DNA from: the human T2T-CHM13v2.0 reference genome, Homo sapiens
Direction: 5' to 3' (one strand)
NCBI RefSeq assembly: GCF_009914755.1
Contig: NC_060926.1
Length of the DNA stretch: 64,000 nucleotides
Shown here: positions 23,816 through 39,632 of the stretch, piece by piece
How positions within the stretch are numbered: position 1 is the stretch's first letter
Layout of the letters: every line of letters begins with the position of its first letter
Translations under genes and position numbers: made by a program
The notes under the pieces: model-generated
What the model saw: the letters and a program-made list of their open reading frames with translations, nothing else
Told to the model about the DNA's origin: nothing
The model's database searches: none

Positions 23816-24524
23816 CTGATAAAAACAAAAGAATTACAGAGCAATAAATAGTCTAACAAATTTCTGAGAAAGCTCACTGTTTATTAGAGTCTGCCTAGAA
23901 GAACACCAGAGAATTTCGGAAACTTGGCTGAAGCAGAAACTACAGCAAAACTAAGTATACTGAACAACTGATTCAATGTAGGTTGAATACTGTGAGGTGC
24001 TGCTGGTTCTAACTTCCTACTGCTAGGCCAAACAAAACTTGTATACTTTCTGTGGCACATTCCAACAGGATAATTCTAAAGTTATCACTTTGCTTGGAAG
24101 CATGAATATAAAATATCAAGTCAGAAAAGATGAATAAATGAACAAAGTGAATCAATATTACTAGACCTGTGTTTATCTCCATAGTGGTTTAATGAAAAAT
24201 TATAGTGGTTCAATGTCTAATCATATCGTATCTATAAATATAGCAAATTACTTATAATAGTTTTTTTAAGGAGTATTCATTTAAAAATCTGATAAGGGAA
24301 TTTCTAATAACGAAAGTAATTTTTCTGTATCACATATAGATTTCAAATATTCAAGGCATTCTGACTGCTCAATAACCTCAGAAGAAAGCTATCTATATAA
24401 CTGGTTACCTCTGATATTGCGACAAAAAACCTTAGTATAAAATACGAAGTAAAATAGTATAGCTTAGAAAAACTGGGAACATGGCAGGGATTAAGTTCTA
24501 GATTAAAATGTTTGTAATCTATTA

Positions 24525-25670
24525 CTCACTTCACACACAAAAATTAACTCAAAATAAATCATAAACCTAAATGTAAGAGCTAAAACTGTAAAACGCTTAG
24601 AAAAAAATATAGGCACAAATCATCATGACACTGCATTAGGCAATGGTTTCTTAGACTGACACCAAAAGCACAAACAAACCCCCAAAAACAGATAAAATGG
24701 ACTTCATTGAAACTAAAAGACATCATCAACCTATAGAATTAGAGAAAAGATTTGCAAATCATGAATCTGTTAATGGACTTGTATCCAAAACATATGAAGA
24801 ACTCACAAATAGAAAAAGACAACCCAATTTAAAATGTCAAAGGCTTTGAATGGTTATTTCTCCAAAGAAGATATAGAAATAACCAGTAAACATATGAAAA
24901 CATGTTCAACATAATTTGCCATCAGGAAAATGCAAATATAAACAATGAGATGCCACTTCACACTCACTAGATGGCTATGATTAAGAACACAGACAATTAC
25001 AAGTATTAGTGAAGATGCAGAAAAAATGAAACCCTCATACAATGCTGGTAGGAATGCAAAATGACACACCCAATTTGAAAACAGTTTAGCAGTTCCTCAA
25101 AAGGCTAAACATACAGTTTTCATATGACCCTGCAATTCTCTCCTGGTATATATTCAAGAGAAATAATACACGTTCACACATTAAAAACTTGTACACGGAT
25201 GTTCACAGTAGCAGTGTTTCTAATAGCTAAGAAGTGAAAACAACCCAGATGTCCATCAATTGATGTGAATAAACAAAATGTTGTATACCCATACAATGAA
25301 ACATTATTCAACAATCATTAAAAAAAGTACTGATATATGCTGTAATATGTATGAATCCTGAAAATATGCCAAGTGAAAGAAGCCAGTATCAGAAGACTAC
25401 ACATGATGATTTATGTAAGTGTCCAAAGTAGGCTAATTTAAACAGAAAGTAGATTAGTCGTTGCCTAGGGCTGGGGATGGGGGAGAAGTGGAATGGGGAG
25501 TGACTGCTAATGGGTACAAGGCTTCTTTTTGGGGATGATGAAAATGTTCTAAAACTGACTTTAGTGATGGTTGAACAACTCTGTCACTACACTAAAAACC
25601 ACTGAATTGTGCATTTTAAATGAGTAAATTTTCTGATAGGTGCGTTATAACTCAATAAAGCTGTTTAAAA
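24525..25670 (+). mobile_element. L1MB/MC 3' portion
   Basis: ORF2 C-terminal and 3'UTR motifs ending ctcaataaagctgtttaaaa. Confidence 0.85.
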
Positions 25671-26307
25671 ACATGTTTTTGTTTTTTGTTGTTTTTTTTT
25701 TTAAAAGTTAAGTTCTATTGAAAGTTTGCTGGAAACTAAACATGATTATGTCAGGTGAAAAGTGAATGGTTGCTCAGAATATTAATTAGAATTCTTATAA
25801 TTCTGCACATCAGTGTCTTCTCAAGAACTGATTAGTTTTTGTCTCCTTAACTTTATTTTTTCTGCAGTGTTTCCACTTAGGAAATCATTTTGAGCTATTT
25901 GTACATAGTTTTCAATCATAGAATCACAAGACAATCACTGATCTCAAATGTTTATTCTGCGCAAAACACTGTAAGAGAAACAACAGCAACAACACCAAAA
26001 AAACAAAGTCTGGGTCTTCAAGATATATACCATTTGGTATAAATATAAGTAGAAAAATAGAATTATAATACAAGGCAGATTATATTCAACTCCACAGGAG
26101 ATAAACAAGTTCTCTGATAACACTAAGAAAGAAGAAGTTCTTTATCATTGGAGAATCTAGGAATGGTTCTTAGAAAATGGCAATTGAATCAAGCCTTAAA
26201 ATACAGGCAGGATTTCAAAAGGCAGAAAGAGAAAAGGTTGGTATTTTCAAGTAGAATAAATTAGAAGGTAAAACAGATAGATGTGAGAATGCAACAGAAA
26301 GATCTAG

Positions 26308-26742
<435 letters not shown>

Positions 26743-27127
26743 TGAGTGGCACCAATTTCAGAAGAGTCTTGGTGTCATACAAAGGAGTTTAGACACTATT
26801 TTTTTCAGTCGGTGTTTTTCAAGATATGTGAAACAGAAACAATCTCTCTAAGAAATGTGTCAGCTTAGAAAACACAAATGTAAACCCCGATATATCACTT
26901 ACTAGATGTATAACCACTGGTCAATCATTACTAGGATTAGATCAATAGTTGGATTTCATGGCTCAATAGATTTTCAAAACAAAAACTGTAAGCTCACAGA
27001 AGTCTGCCAACCTGCTGTTTTATATATATATTACATATAATAGAATACTAAAAATCTTTTTAAAATTACAGCCTACAATTACATCCTTTTATAAGAAATG
27101 ACTTAACATCTATCTTAAACTTATTGA

Positions 27128-27474
<347 letters not shown>

Positions 27475-27779
27475 ACCTCATCTTTCTTAATTTTCTTTAT
27501 CACCATGTATAAACAGCTATCCATTTAAGGAAAAAAAAAATCTATTTTTAGTCAATTTTGCATTGCTATAGGTGATCAAAGAAGACTGACTTTCAAAATG
27601 CCTAGGTAGTATTTTGGTGCTGAGCTCTCAAAGATTCAATTACAAAGGCAAGCATGCTAACTAACCACTCTAAACTAGAAACCTTACAGTAGTTTAGGAT
27701 TTATTACATTTTCTTGCATATGTAATTTAAATATTTCGCTTTAGAGACTGTAAACCCCAACTATAAATTATATTATTAC

Positions 27780-27860
27780 CTTCATATCAGTTTCCCTTGG
27801 AATGTGATCCTTAAAATCTTCAATTGAACTTACAAGAAAAGGAATGTGGTAGGATAACAC
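27780..27860 (-). CDS. NCKAP1: NCKAP1 coding exon 11/16 ([10 protein letters not shown]...RETDMK)
   Basis: AG/GT bounded, 81 nt. Confidence 0.97.
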
Positions 27861-28320
27861 CTAGGCAGGATAACAAATAAGAATACAGAATTATTTTTAA
27901 ATGGCAACCCCTAAATTTACAAAATATTACCAATTGATTAATTTTAGTTTTCATAAAAATTATTTTACTTTATCTACTTTCAGTGATTTTTCAAAAATTT
28001 CAAGACATATGAAAATTAAATGGATTCAAAATAATTCAATATTAAAGCCAGTATAGTCAAAATTGAAAATACTCTACTGATAATGAAGATCACTGAAAAA
28101 GTAGTGCAATAACCACGCAAGTTATACTCTGCAAGCAGCAGTACCAAAACAAAAAATGAGCTTAAATAACTAATTTTATGTATGTTATTTTCTGTAACTA
28201 CTAAAACTGGAATTTTAATTATATCATTGCTAAGCATGAATCTGAAACTTAACTTTAAATTTCTGAGAAATTAAAAGGGATTGTTTGGATACCGAGTATA
28301 TACTTGTAATGGTTTCTTAC

Positions 28321-28403
28321 ATCTCTAAGTGCTTCTTGTGCCAATGATCGGAAGGATAAAATTACACCAATTATTGTCATCCTCTTCAAGACACTGTCAA
28401 CAG
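28321..28403 (-). CDS. NCKAP1: NCKAP1 coding exon 10/16 ([10 protein letters not shown]...QEALRD)
   Basis: AG/GT bounded, 83 nt. Confidence 0.97.
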
Positions 28404-29001
28404 CTAAATTCAAAGAAACAGAAGGAGAAGAGAATAAAAAAGTGTGAACTGGATTCTTTCTTAAACTTGGAAAAAAATCTAAATTTATTAAAGTAATAAA
28501 ATTCCCATGATAAAAGGCACAATTAACAGTAATTTGATTACAATAATGATTAAAGAGAGAAAGATGTTGATAGCTGATATTTAAACTGGTTAAACTTTTA
28601 AGTAACTATAGTTTCCATCAAATGGAGTATATTGTGCTCTTTCATATGAGTTAGATGGTTCACAAGTAGCTAACTATAAATTATATTTATAATATAACTT
28701 TATATAAATTATATTACTACCTTCTGAAACCCTATTTCAGAAAAGGTAGGGGCAGAAAGAAGGGAAGCGAGACTAGATGAGAAAGAAGCTGATCAGAGTG
28801 AACAGGAGTTAAATCCTCAAGCGGCCCAGGAACTCAGCAGTGCTAAATTCTTAAATTGTTAAGGTCTTGAGTTAAGAAACAAAAAATGCCTGTTGAGAAC
28901 ACATGCAGTTTTGGCAGGACCAGTTTGCTGAAGCTGAACAGATTTGATCACTTACATATTGGTTAGAGAGCATTATTCTAAAAATTATTAATAGATTTTC
29001 A

Positions 29002-29292
29002 AGGCTGAGCATGGTGGTTCACATCTGTAATCCTAGCATTCTAGGAGGCTGAACCGGGAAGATTGCTTGAGCCCAGGAGTTCACAAGCACCCTGGGCAAC
29101 ATAGCAAGACCCTGTCTCTACAAAAAATAAAAAAAAATCAATCGGGTGTGGGGGCATGAGCCTGTGGTCCTAGTACTTGGGAGGCTAAGATGGGAGGATC
29201 CTTTGAGTTCAGGAATCAGAGGTTGCAGTGATCATGCCACTGCACATCAGCCTGGGTAAAGGAGCAAGACCCCATCTCTAAAAAAAAATAAA
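29002..29292 (+). mobile_element. AluJ
   Basis: Diverged Alu. Confidence 0.88.
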
Positions 29293-29814
29293 ACTCTGTT
29301 AACAAAGTAGGATTGGAAGGGTCAATATGATGGTTCAATACCTTCACATTTTATAAAGCCAAAACAAACATTTATTGCACGCCATATACAAAGCCTTACA
29401 CTGTGTAGTAAAAGAAGAAATATAAACAGAATAATGACCTAGACCTCGAATAGCAGACAGTCTAAATGGGCTGTCATGAAAACTAAGAAATATAATTCCA
29501 TTTATGTAAACTAAAAAAGATATATATACAGACCTATATTTGTATATACATAACAAATTTCTGGAAAGAGATGTATATACTACAGTAACTGTTAAAGTTA
29601 CTAGTTGAGGAGTAGGAATAGAGAGAAGTGTTTTATTTTAACTTTCTACCTTCTGTGTAGCTTGTTTAAACTTTGACCATAGCATCTTTCACTAAACCAT
29701 ACAAATAGGCCTAATATAAGCCAAATATGAATTAAAAGTCATGTTAACAAAATGATATAAGGCGCAAATTTATTAAAAATTCCATGTGAGCAGGAACTAC
29801 TCTTAATCTTCTCA

Positions 29815-30167
<353 letters not shown>

Positions 30168-31004
30168 GATTCACACTAGAAATAACAACAGACAAGATTC
30201 AGTGTGATATAGCCATATATTTTCCAAAGTATGTTACCCAGAAATTAATCAAGTTCTCAAAGACTATACCCTACAACCTCATCTTGAATGTGTACAATAA
30301 TGACACATTAAAAGTTCTAAGATACTTCACAGTAAGAAACACTGCTTAATGTATTGTGTAATGGATTATTTGCCAAACCATTTGACCACTGGCACTTCCC
30401 TTCACCCCACATAACGTCCACTAACTTCCCAAGGAACTAACTCTAGAACAGAGGCTATGTGGGTCTTGGACCAGGCAAACAAATAGGTAGTGGGGGACAG
30501 AGAGGGAGGTAATGCCAGTCAATTATTTCATTAATCCAAATAATAGCTTTTGAAGGTCATGCTAAGGAGTTTATACTGTATCCTTCAAGCAATGAGGGTG
30601 TTGTTCAGGGTTTTCAAAATATAAAGAGTTATACGAAAAGAATTCTATTTAAAAATGACTCTTCCCATTTAAAAAATAATGACCCAAATTAAAAAAAAAA
30701 TTAATGTAGCATAGGGCCAAACAATGTATACCTTTGGACCAAATGTGACACACCAATTTGTAAACTCTCATCTATAAGACATAGCTACTGCACATGGAAT
30801 ATGAGGAGTGAAAGAATCAGAGAGGATGCCCAAGTTTTCCAGTGTGAGTCAATGGATAGATGGTGAGAGAGGTAACAAAATAGTCAATAAAGAAAACATC
30901 AGGTTTTTTCTCCCCACCTACTTATACCTGCCATGGAAGAGATACTTCCCATTCCAGGGACGTTGTGAAAAACCTGTGGGTCATATAGCTGAAAATATTT
31001 AACA

Positions 31005-31187
31005 CAATGTTTCTAAACTTTTGTATGATTCCAAATGACCCCGAGGACTTGTTAAAACACAGACTGCTGGGCCTCAGCCCCAGAGATCTGAGTCAGCAGG
31101 TCTGAGGTGGGGCCCAATAATTTACATGCTTAACAAATTCCCAGGTGGTGCTGTTACATGTCCCTGGGTTATACTTTGAGAAGCCCC
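31005..31187. mobile_element. MER5A DNA transposon
   Basis: cttgttaaaacacagactgctgggcc...ggtctgaggtggggccca...taacaaattcccaggtg. Confidence 0.8.
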
Positions 31188-32271
31188 GGTCAAACTAGTA
31201 CTTGGTATTAAACATCTGGAGATCAATAGAAGAGAGTTAAGGCTGAAGATAAATATTGGATAAGGGAAGAGAAAATTTGGGATAAAATTTTTCCAATAGT
31301 ATTGCAGAGTAAAAATGGAAGAGTAAGATATCACAAGCTGACACTACATAAAAGATGAACCTGCAAAAACGACGAAGAGTAGAGATAAAAGTATTGGCAA
31401 ATAAAGAAAATAAAGCTTTAATAAAAAGGAGAATAAAAGTGATAAACACGACAGAGAAATAAACAGAATGAGAGTTGAGGAAAAAGCACCAAATCTTGCA
31501 AATGAGTAGTCACCAACAAACTTTCAGAAAGGTTTCAGGAAAGTGGACATATTACAGCACACCAAGAGTGGACAGGTGGGACAATCAAACAGTGCATACA
31601 AACTAGTCAAAAAGTTTCAAAGTAAGACAGGTGGTAAGATGAAAAAGAGGCCAGTTTAACGACAGACTTAAAAAGTGTTATTTCACAAGCAGTACTTGGC
31701 TTTCAGGGTGCAGGAGACTTTCTAGGGATCAGGAAAACTGCTTTGTGGGAATGAATGTAGCAAAAACTCAAGGGTATGACAGCATAAGGGAGAATGCACT
31801 AACCAAATTTCATAGTCCAGAATGGATAAAATATGTAAAGCCAGGAATAGGTGATCAGGAAAGCTGAGAGGCATAAAAGTTTCAATGAGCTAGAACAAGG
31901 AGTTCAATAGGTGTAAAGGAATGGGAGAGCTAGAAGACATGGCTGTGATCTGAGAGTTGAATTTCAAAGTTCAAGATTTTTACTGGTGGAACAATTTCAG
32001 GAAATAATAACATCCAAAGTACTGCTAAAGTAAAGATCTTCAGAGGCAACTTATAGGTTTGTAGATGATGGCAGAAAGGTATGTGAATAGAATGAGTTTT
32101 CGAAAGAAAAAATTGCTGTAGGAAAACTAGAAATATTTTTAGTCTGGAATCAGGGAGTCAGTAAAGCGATGAACCTAGTCCCAAGAAACAGAATGTCAGA
32201 GAATAAAAAAATATTAAACAGACATAAGGAGATTTGCCCAAGTCACATAAAAGTCTTAAAACTGATAATAA

Positions 32272-32592
32272 GGCCAGGCACGGTGGCTCACGCTTGTAAT
32301 CCCAACACTCTAGGAGGTCGAGGAGGATGGATCACTTGAGGTCAGGAGTTCGAGACCAGCCTGGACAACACTGTGAAACCCCATCTTACTAAAAATACAA
32401 AAATTAGCCGAGTGTGGTAGTGCATGCCTGTAGTCCTAGTTACTTGGGAGGCTGATGCAGGAGAATTGGTTGAACCAGGAGGTGGAGGTTGCAGTGAGCT
32501 GAGACTGTGTCATTACACTTCAGCCTGGGCACCAGAGCAAGGCTCCGTCTCAAAAAATTTAAAAATAAAAATAGATAAAATAAAATAAAAAT
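32272..32592 (+). mobile_element. AluS
   Basis: Alu consensus with A-rich tail. Confidence 0.9.
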
Positions 32593-33466
32593 AAACTAAT
32601 AAATTCCAGATTGCCTCCCAATTCAGACCTACTTTTAATTAATCATAATGCTTTATCTTTTAAAAAGAATGTGCTTGTTGACTGTGAAAAACTCCTTCAA
32701 AAACACATTGACTTCTGGATATGGACATGGGGAGAAGGAAGCACAAAAGAATTAAAAAAAAGAGAAAGTTTTGGAAAACAGTTCAATTGCTGAAAAAATA
32801 GTTCTCTCTACTCTCCTAAATGAGTCACTCTCAAGTGAATCGTTTCTTTTTCCAAATTATAGAAAAGATTTAATAAATTCTATTTAAAGACAAATTTGAT
32901 TTATATGGGTCATTAACATTCAACAATTTAGATTTTGGTTTTGGCCAATTCCAAAATGGCCAATGAGTTAGAGGTAATGAGTCACCATTAATTATTATAC
33001 ACAAAATTCAAGTAAGCAGAATCTTGACAAACGACTATGAATTTTATTTTGAAAACTTGCAAATTCTGTTTGGAATTTTAACAAATTCCATTGTTTCAAT
33101 TCCACAAATGAGAGTTAAATAAAGTACTGAACACTGCAGCGGATTATTTGCTTCTAATTAGATGGAACAGTCAAAAGACTGTTAGTAGGAAAGTAAATAG
33201 GGTTAAGGCCAATGGGGTTGTCAAATGAGTATTAAAAAATGGGAGAAAACATGAAAAAAACAAAACTAATAAGAATAAAGGAGTAGAAAATATAAGTAGC
33301 TAGTAAACCAATGTACAATAACAAAAGAAAGATCAGGAGAGTTTTAAAAACTAATTTCCTACTTATTCATACTCCTCCCTATAATGCTACCACGTCTATT
33401 TTTTTGTTTTTTAAAGTATCATATAATAAAAATGACCTTTTCTTTTCCTTTTGGTATACAGCTCCA

Positions 33467-33762
33467 TTTTTTTTTTCTTTGAAATAGAGTTTTGCTCTTG
33501 TCGCCCAGGCTGTAGTGCAATGGTGCTATCTCAGCCGACTGCAACCTCCATCTCCCGGGTTCAAGCAATTCTCCTACCTCAGCCTCCTGAGTAGCTGGGA
33601 TTATAAGCATGTGCCACCATGCCTGGCTAATTTTTGTATTTTTAGTAGAGACAGGGTTTCAATATGTTGGCCAGGCTGGTCTGGAATTCCTGATCTCAAG
33701 TGATCTGCCTGCCTTGGCTCCCAATGTGCTGGGATTACAGGCCTGGGCCACCACACCCAGCC
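33467..33762 (-). mobile_element. AluS
   Basis: Alu consensus. Confidence 0.9.
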
Positions 33763-35093
33763 CCAAATGTTATCATGTACAGATCTGTGTTACCACTATG
33801 TAACACACAGTGATATGTGTCGTATGACACATATGATAGATTTGTATCACCACTATGGTGAACAGTTTCATCACCCTAAAAATCTCCCTCATTGCTTTCC
33901 CTTTATAGTCCTGGCAACCACAGATCTGTCCTATAAGGTAATCTTTAATTTTTATTCAATAAGAATTAAATAAGTTTTACAGGATAAAATAGCCTAATAA
34001 AGTGATTCTCTAAAGCATTTAAGAGAAAAATGTCAAATATGAAGTATGTTAAATACATGTATGGCTTTAGTTTTCTTCTGGATTATTTTTTGTTTAGGAA
34101 CATAAACTTGTTCTCTGGCTTTCTCAAATACAAAGAATATTTTATTTGGGATTTCTTTTTTTTTTTTTAGTGTTGAGAAGGCTTTTAAATTAACCAAGAA
34201 GTATGACTTTAAAATAATTTTTCATTGTAACTTTAACAGTTCAAGTAAAAAAAGCAAAAGAAAATAACATTAGATCAAGTATATCTAAAACAGTTATCTG
34301 CTTGAACACACTTTAATACTTAAGATTCACTGTGATTTCACAATATACCTCCCACAAAGAATCAATGTCAAGAAGACATTACAATTTTTTTTTAAGTTGT
34401 AGGTTCAGGTTTTCATCAATCTTAGCTAATAACAAAAAGAAACAAATTACTGATCACTTAACAACATGGATGAATAAATCTCAAAAACATTATGCTAAGT
34501 GAAAGAGGCCAGACACAAATTTAATCTATAGTGACAGAAATAAGATCAGTGGTTGTTTGGCCTGGGGCCAGAGACTGGGGTAGGAGACCAACTACAAAGA
34601 GATAGCAAACAATTTTTCAAACTGATGGAACTGTTCTATATCTAGACTGTGGCAATGGTTATATGAATGCATCCATCTGTCAAAATCCAAAATACCGTTT
34701 GCTTAAATGGTACATTTTATTGTATGTAACTTATACGTATAAAGTTGATTTTTAGAAAGTTAACAGGCTCAGAAGCTAATCCTTTTAGTCTAAATTAATG
34801 TAGATTTACTGTATTAAATTTAATGGGTTCAAAACCAAATTGATACTGGTAATATTCATGAACTAGCGACACATAGTAGACTAAGAGTATGGTTAAGAAA
34901 AATTGTGAAACAGATAAGCCACACACACACTTATATGATCCTTTGACTGCAAAAATGTTCTAGTTCTCTTCATAAGCTAAAGAGTACTTTTCATAATTTA
35001 CTACTTGTATTTATGTTACAAATTTTGAGCCAAAGCTAAATACTGAGTATCAAGATCTTCTTATGTTTATAAAAAGTATCATGAGTTACCCAC

Positions 35094-35187
35094 ATGATAA
35101 TCTTTTAAACAGTGCAGCCATCTGGTCTGGTTTGTCAAAGCTGGTCCTCATTTGTGTTAACACATCAACATTCTCCACCACAAGTTT
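35094..35187 (-). CDS. NCKAP1: NCKAP1 coding exon 9/16 ([10 protein letters not shown]...LFKRLS)
   Basis: T-rich tag acceptor, T|gtgggt donor, 94 nt. Confidence 0.96.
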
Positions 35188-36719
35188 CTAAAAAAAAAAG
35201 AAAGATCCTAGGTCAGGCACAGACCTCTTTGTGTTAATGAGATAAGAGCATGCTTGGAAATTACAATCTGGCAAGTAGGAAACACAATTCATGAAATCCA
35301 GACGCTCTATGCTACATATATTTTTTTGTTGTTTCAATAAAAGCATCTGAAAATTATTTATATAAGCTTAGTGTTTCCCTTCAGTTTACAAATTCAAGAA
35401 GGAAGGAGTTCAGGAAAAGCAACAAAGGTAAGTAGTAGGATAAAGAATCATCTTATGCTTACTTAGACGCTGAACGGCATCAATAATAAAAAGTAGACAC
35501 TAAAATGGACATAGCAACAAATTCCAACTGAAACAAAAAAACTAGCTAAAGTTAAACCTGGCCAAAGGCAGGCTAGAGTATGCCTGTAGACAATGAGTAT
35601 TACTGGATACATACAAGTAGAGGGAGAATGACTTGTTATGGTATGGTACCACTTGATGGGGATTATATAATAGTAATGTTTCCCAACAAAAATTATAAAA
35701 TGGAAGTATAAACTATCTACTCCTCTTTCACAGACCACTGAGAAAAGGGAAGAGAAAAGAAGGAAGAGATATAAATAAGGGAAGGGTGTGAAGGATAACT
35801 ATTCAAGAAAAGTATAACTCATTGAAGAATGTTCTCCTCAAAAGAAACATTACAAAGTAATTTAAAAATTATAACACAAATGTAATTAATTTCATTCTGT
35901 CAGAGATAAGCCTAGACAACAATAAACCGAGTTTCTAAAACAACAAAGAGAGAAGTGAGAGAGACATTCTGCTCTTTGTTGCAGTTACCTGTGCGGTCTG
36001 CTTTCACCACTAAGTTCACCACTATCACACTTCCCAGTTCTTTCACAATGTAAGTGAAGTTTATAATTTAATTTCTGATCTCTATATCTCTACAAAGTTC
36101 TTGTAAATCAGAATTTTCTTTACTTTTGTTCTCTATAATGGTTCTCAGCCCTTGTACACATCACAATCACCTGTGGTGCTCTTTCCAAATACACATATCC
36201 ATTGCTTCATTCTTGGTTATTTCAATTCAGCAGACCTGGTTGGGAAGGTGCAGCAAGCATATAAAGTGCCATGGTGTTTTTTACAAACGAAAGGTTGATA
36301 ACATCTGATTTAAGGGAAAAAAACTACACAGAAAATCCATAAAAATACTTTTTTTGAAAACATTAGTATAAGTTTTGTTTAGGTTGCTTGATGTTATTAC
36401 TTCAGATTGTTTCTTATTATGCTGCTAATCAGAAGTTAAGCTCTAGTCACATTTATTTGCTGAATTTAACTTCTATGGTCTCTGATTAGGCTGCCTGCTC
36501 TCTCTGGGCCAAAACAAAACTCTCCAAATCTAAAACTGGATTCAATACACACTCAAACTCTATGCCCAAGCCTGATAGTGACCATGCACTTTAAACATAG
36601 TATCACATATCAGTGAATCAACACCATCGAATTTAAAATGCACCTTATTCTATGTGTCACTAAAAGGAAAAAAAAAACCCAACTACTAACACTATAAGAT
36701 ACATACCATTTCAGAAATA

Positions 36720-37150
36720 TTGATATATGTTTAATAATAAGAGCAATTATAACCATTTGTTAAGCTCTTATACAAGGTAACTTATAATCATATTTACTAT
36801 AATCCAATTAAGGTAGGTAATATTCCAAGTTTACAGCTGAGGAAACTAAGGTCAGAGAAGTTGGATAACTTGCCCAAAGTTACAGTGATATTCAACAGTT
36901 AATTTGGAATTTGAATTCGGGTATGTCTCACTTTAAAATCCATGTTCTTAATCCCTAAAGAAATGGTTCCCCATCTTTTGTGCGCATAAAAATTCTCTAG
37001 AGAACTCCTTACAAACACACATTGCTGGGTCCCAGCCCCAAAATTTCTGATTTAGCAGGTCTGAGACAGAGAACAAAAACCTGCATTTTTAACCAGCTCC
37101 AAAGTAATGCTTCTTCTGCTGGTCTGAGAAGTAAAATTTGTGAACCATTA
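36720..37150. mobile_element. MIR followed by MER5A
   Basis: ttacagctgaggaaactaagg...aacttgcccaaagttac core; MER5 motifs at 36962-37150. Confidence 0.75.
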
Positions 37151-37818
37151 CCCTAAATTATTTGCTGGCTTACTATTTTTGCTCTCTATAAAGTTATTGA
37201 TTAATCTCACTGATGAATAAACTGAAAGCTGGCAGTAATAATAGGAATTACCAATGAAATGGTTTAGAATAAGTTTAGACAAAGCAAGTGAAATAAATCA
37301 AGATTTTTTTTAAAAAAAAGTTTGATATAATTTAGTTGGTATTGTGTTAAAAAGAAAGTGTTAAATTCTTGGCAAAATTCATATTTAAATTTCCTACTTC
37401 ATTTGAAAAAATGTCCTTTAGGATCCCATGAAGAACTAGAAGAACTGATCTGTAAAATGCCAAAACAATTCTTTTGGCAGACTGGAAGGAGAAATGGACT
37501 CAACGCGCACAACCCCAAATAAAACACCCCAGAATTTTCGTAGAAAAAAAGACGGTTGCTTTCTTCTCCTGAAAGGAATAAACATGTTTCACCATAAGTA
37601 CACGTACATAGTGTTGATTATGTCTGACACACAATTTATTCACAACCATCAAATATAAAAAAGCTCTACTTCTTTAATTAGCACACAAATTACCCTATAA
37701 AACAAAAAGGTCCTCGGCTAAAACAGGAACTAAAATAATTAAGATCACCTTTAAGATAAAAAGAAAAAGATTGAATCAAATGATACTTAGTTTATATCAG
37801 TTTAGATTAAATATTTTA

Positions 37819-38445
<627 letters not shown>

Positions 38446-38679
38446 CAGCAAAGAAATTACAGAATGATCTTTAAAATATTACAATTCCCCCCAAAACACA
38501 AAACACTGTATATACTAACTCCAAAAAGACTAAGATGCTATTAGAGATATCACAATGTTCTGCTGAGGAGAGTGTGAACTACAATATTTTCAGAGGGATA
38601 TTTGGTAATATCAAAAAAAATTAATGTTCATATTCTTTGATCCACTTTTAGAAACGTTTCCTATCAAAATGCTCAAACA

Positions 38680-39632
38680 TGCTGGTGAGGTTGCAGAGAA
38701 AAAGAAATGCTTTATGCACTGCTGATGGGAATGTAAATTAGTCCAGCCACTGTGAAAAGCAGTTTGCAGATTTCTCAAAGAACTTAAAACAGAATTACTA
38801 CTCAACCCAGCAATCTCATTACTGGGTATATACCCAAAGGAATATAAATCATTCTAACATAAAGACCCATGCATGTGTATGTTCACTGAAGCACTATTCA
38901 CAACAACAACAAAAAGACATGGAATCAACCTAAATGCCCATCGACAATAGACTCAATAAAGAAAATGTGGTACATATATATCATGAACTACTACACAGTC
39001 ATAAATAAGAATGAGATCATGTCCTTTGCAGCAACATGGATAGAGCTGGAGACCATTATCCTAAGGGAATTAACACAGAAAGAGAAAACCAAACACCTCA
39101 CATTTTCACTTAAAAATGGGAGCTAAACATCAAGTACACATAGATAGTGCAGTGGCTCACGCCTGTAATCTCAGCACTTTGGGAGGCTGAGGTGGGTGGA
39201 TCACGAGGTCAGGAGATCGAGACCATCCTGGCTAACACGGTGAAACCCCGTCTCTACTAAAAAATACAAAAAATTAGCCAGGCGTGGCGGTCGGCGCCTG
39301 TAGTCCCAACTACTCAGGAGGCTGAGCCAGGAGAATAGCGTGAACCTGGGAGGCAGAGCTTGCAGTGAGCCGAGATCACGCCACTGCACTCCTAGCCTGG
39401 GCGACAGAGCGAGACTCTGTTTACAAAAAAAAAAGGAGCGACACACACCAGGGCCTACTTGAAGGTAGAGGGTGGGAGGAGGTTAAGGGTCAAAACACTA
39501 CCTATTGGGTACTTATGCTTACTACCTAGGTGACAAAATAATCTGTGTGCCAAACCCATGACATGTCATTCGCCCATATAACAAACCTGCACATGCACCC
39601 CTGAACGTAAAATAGAAGTTGGAAAGAAAAAA
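38680..39632 (+). mobile_element. L1PA15/16-type 3' end with nested AluY (39147-39434)
   Basis: TSD aaaatgctcaaaca at 38666 and 39633. Confidence 0.87.

Noticed and set aside
35980-36100. Strong isolated minus-strand donor CAG|gtaact
   Set aside because: No convincing matching acceptor or frame.
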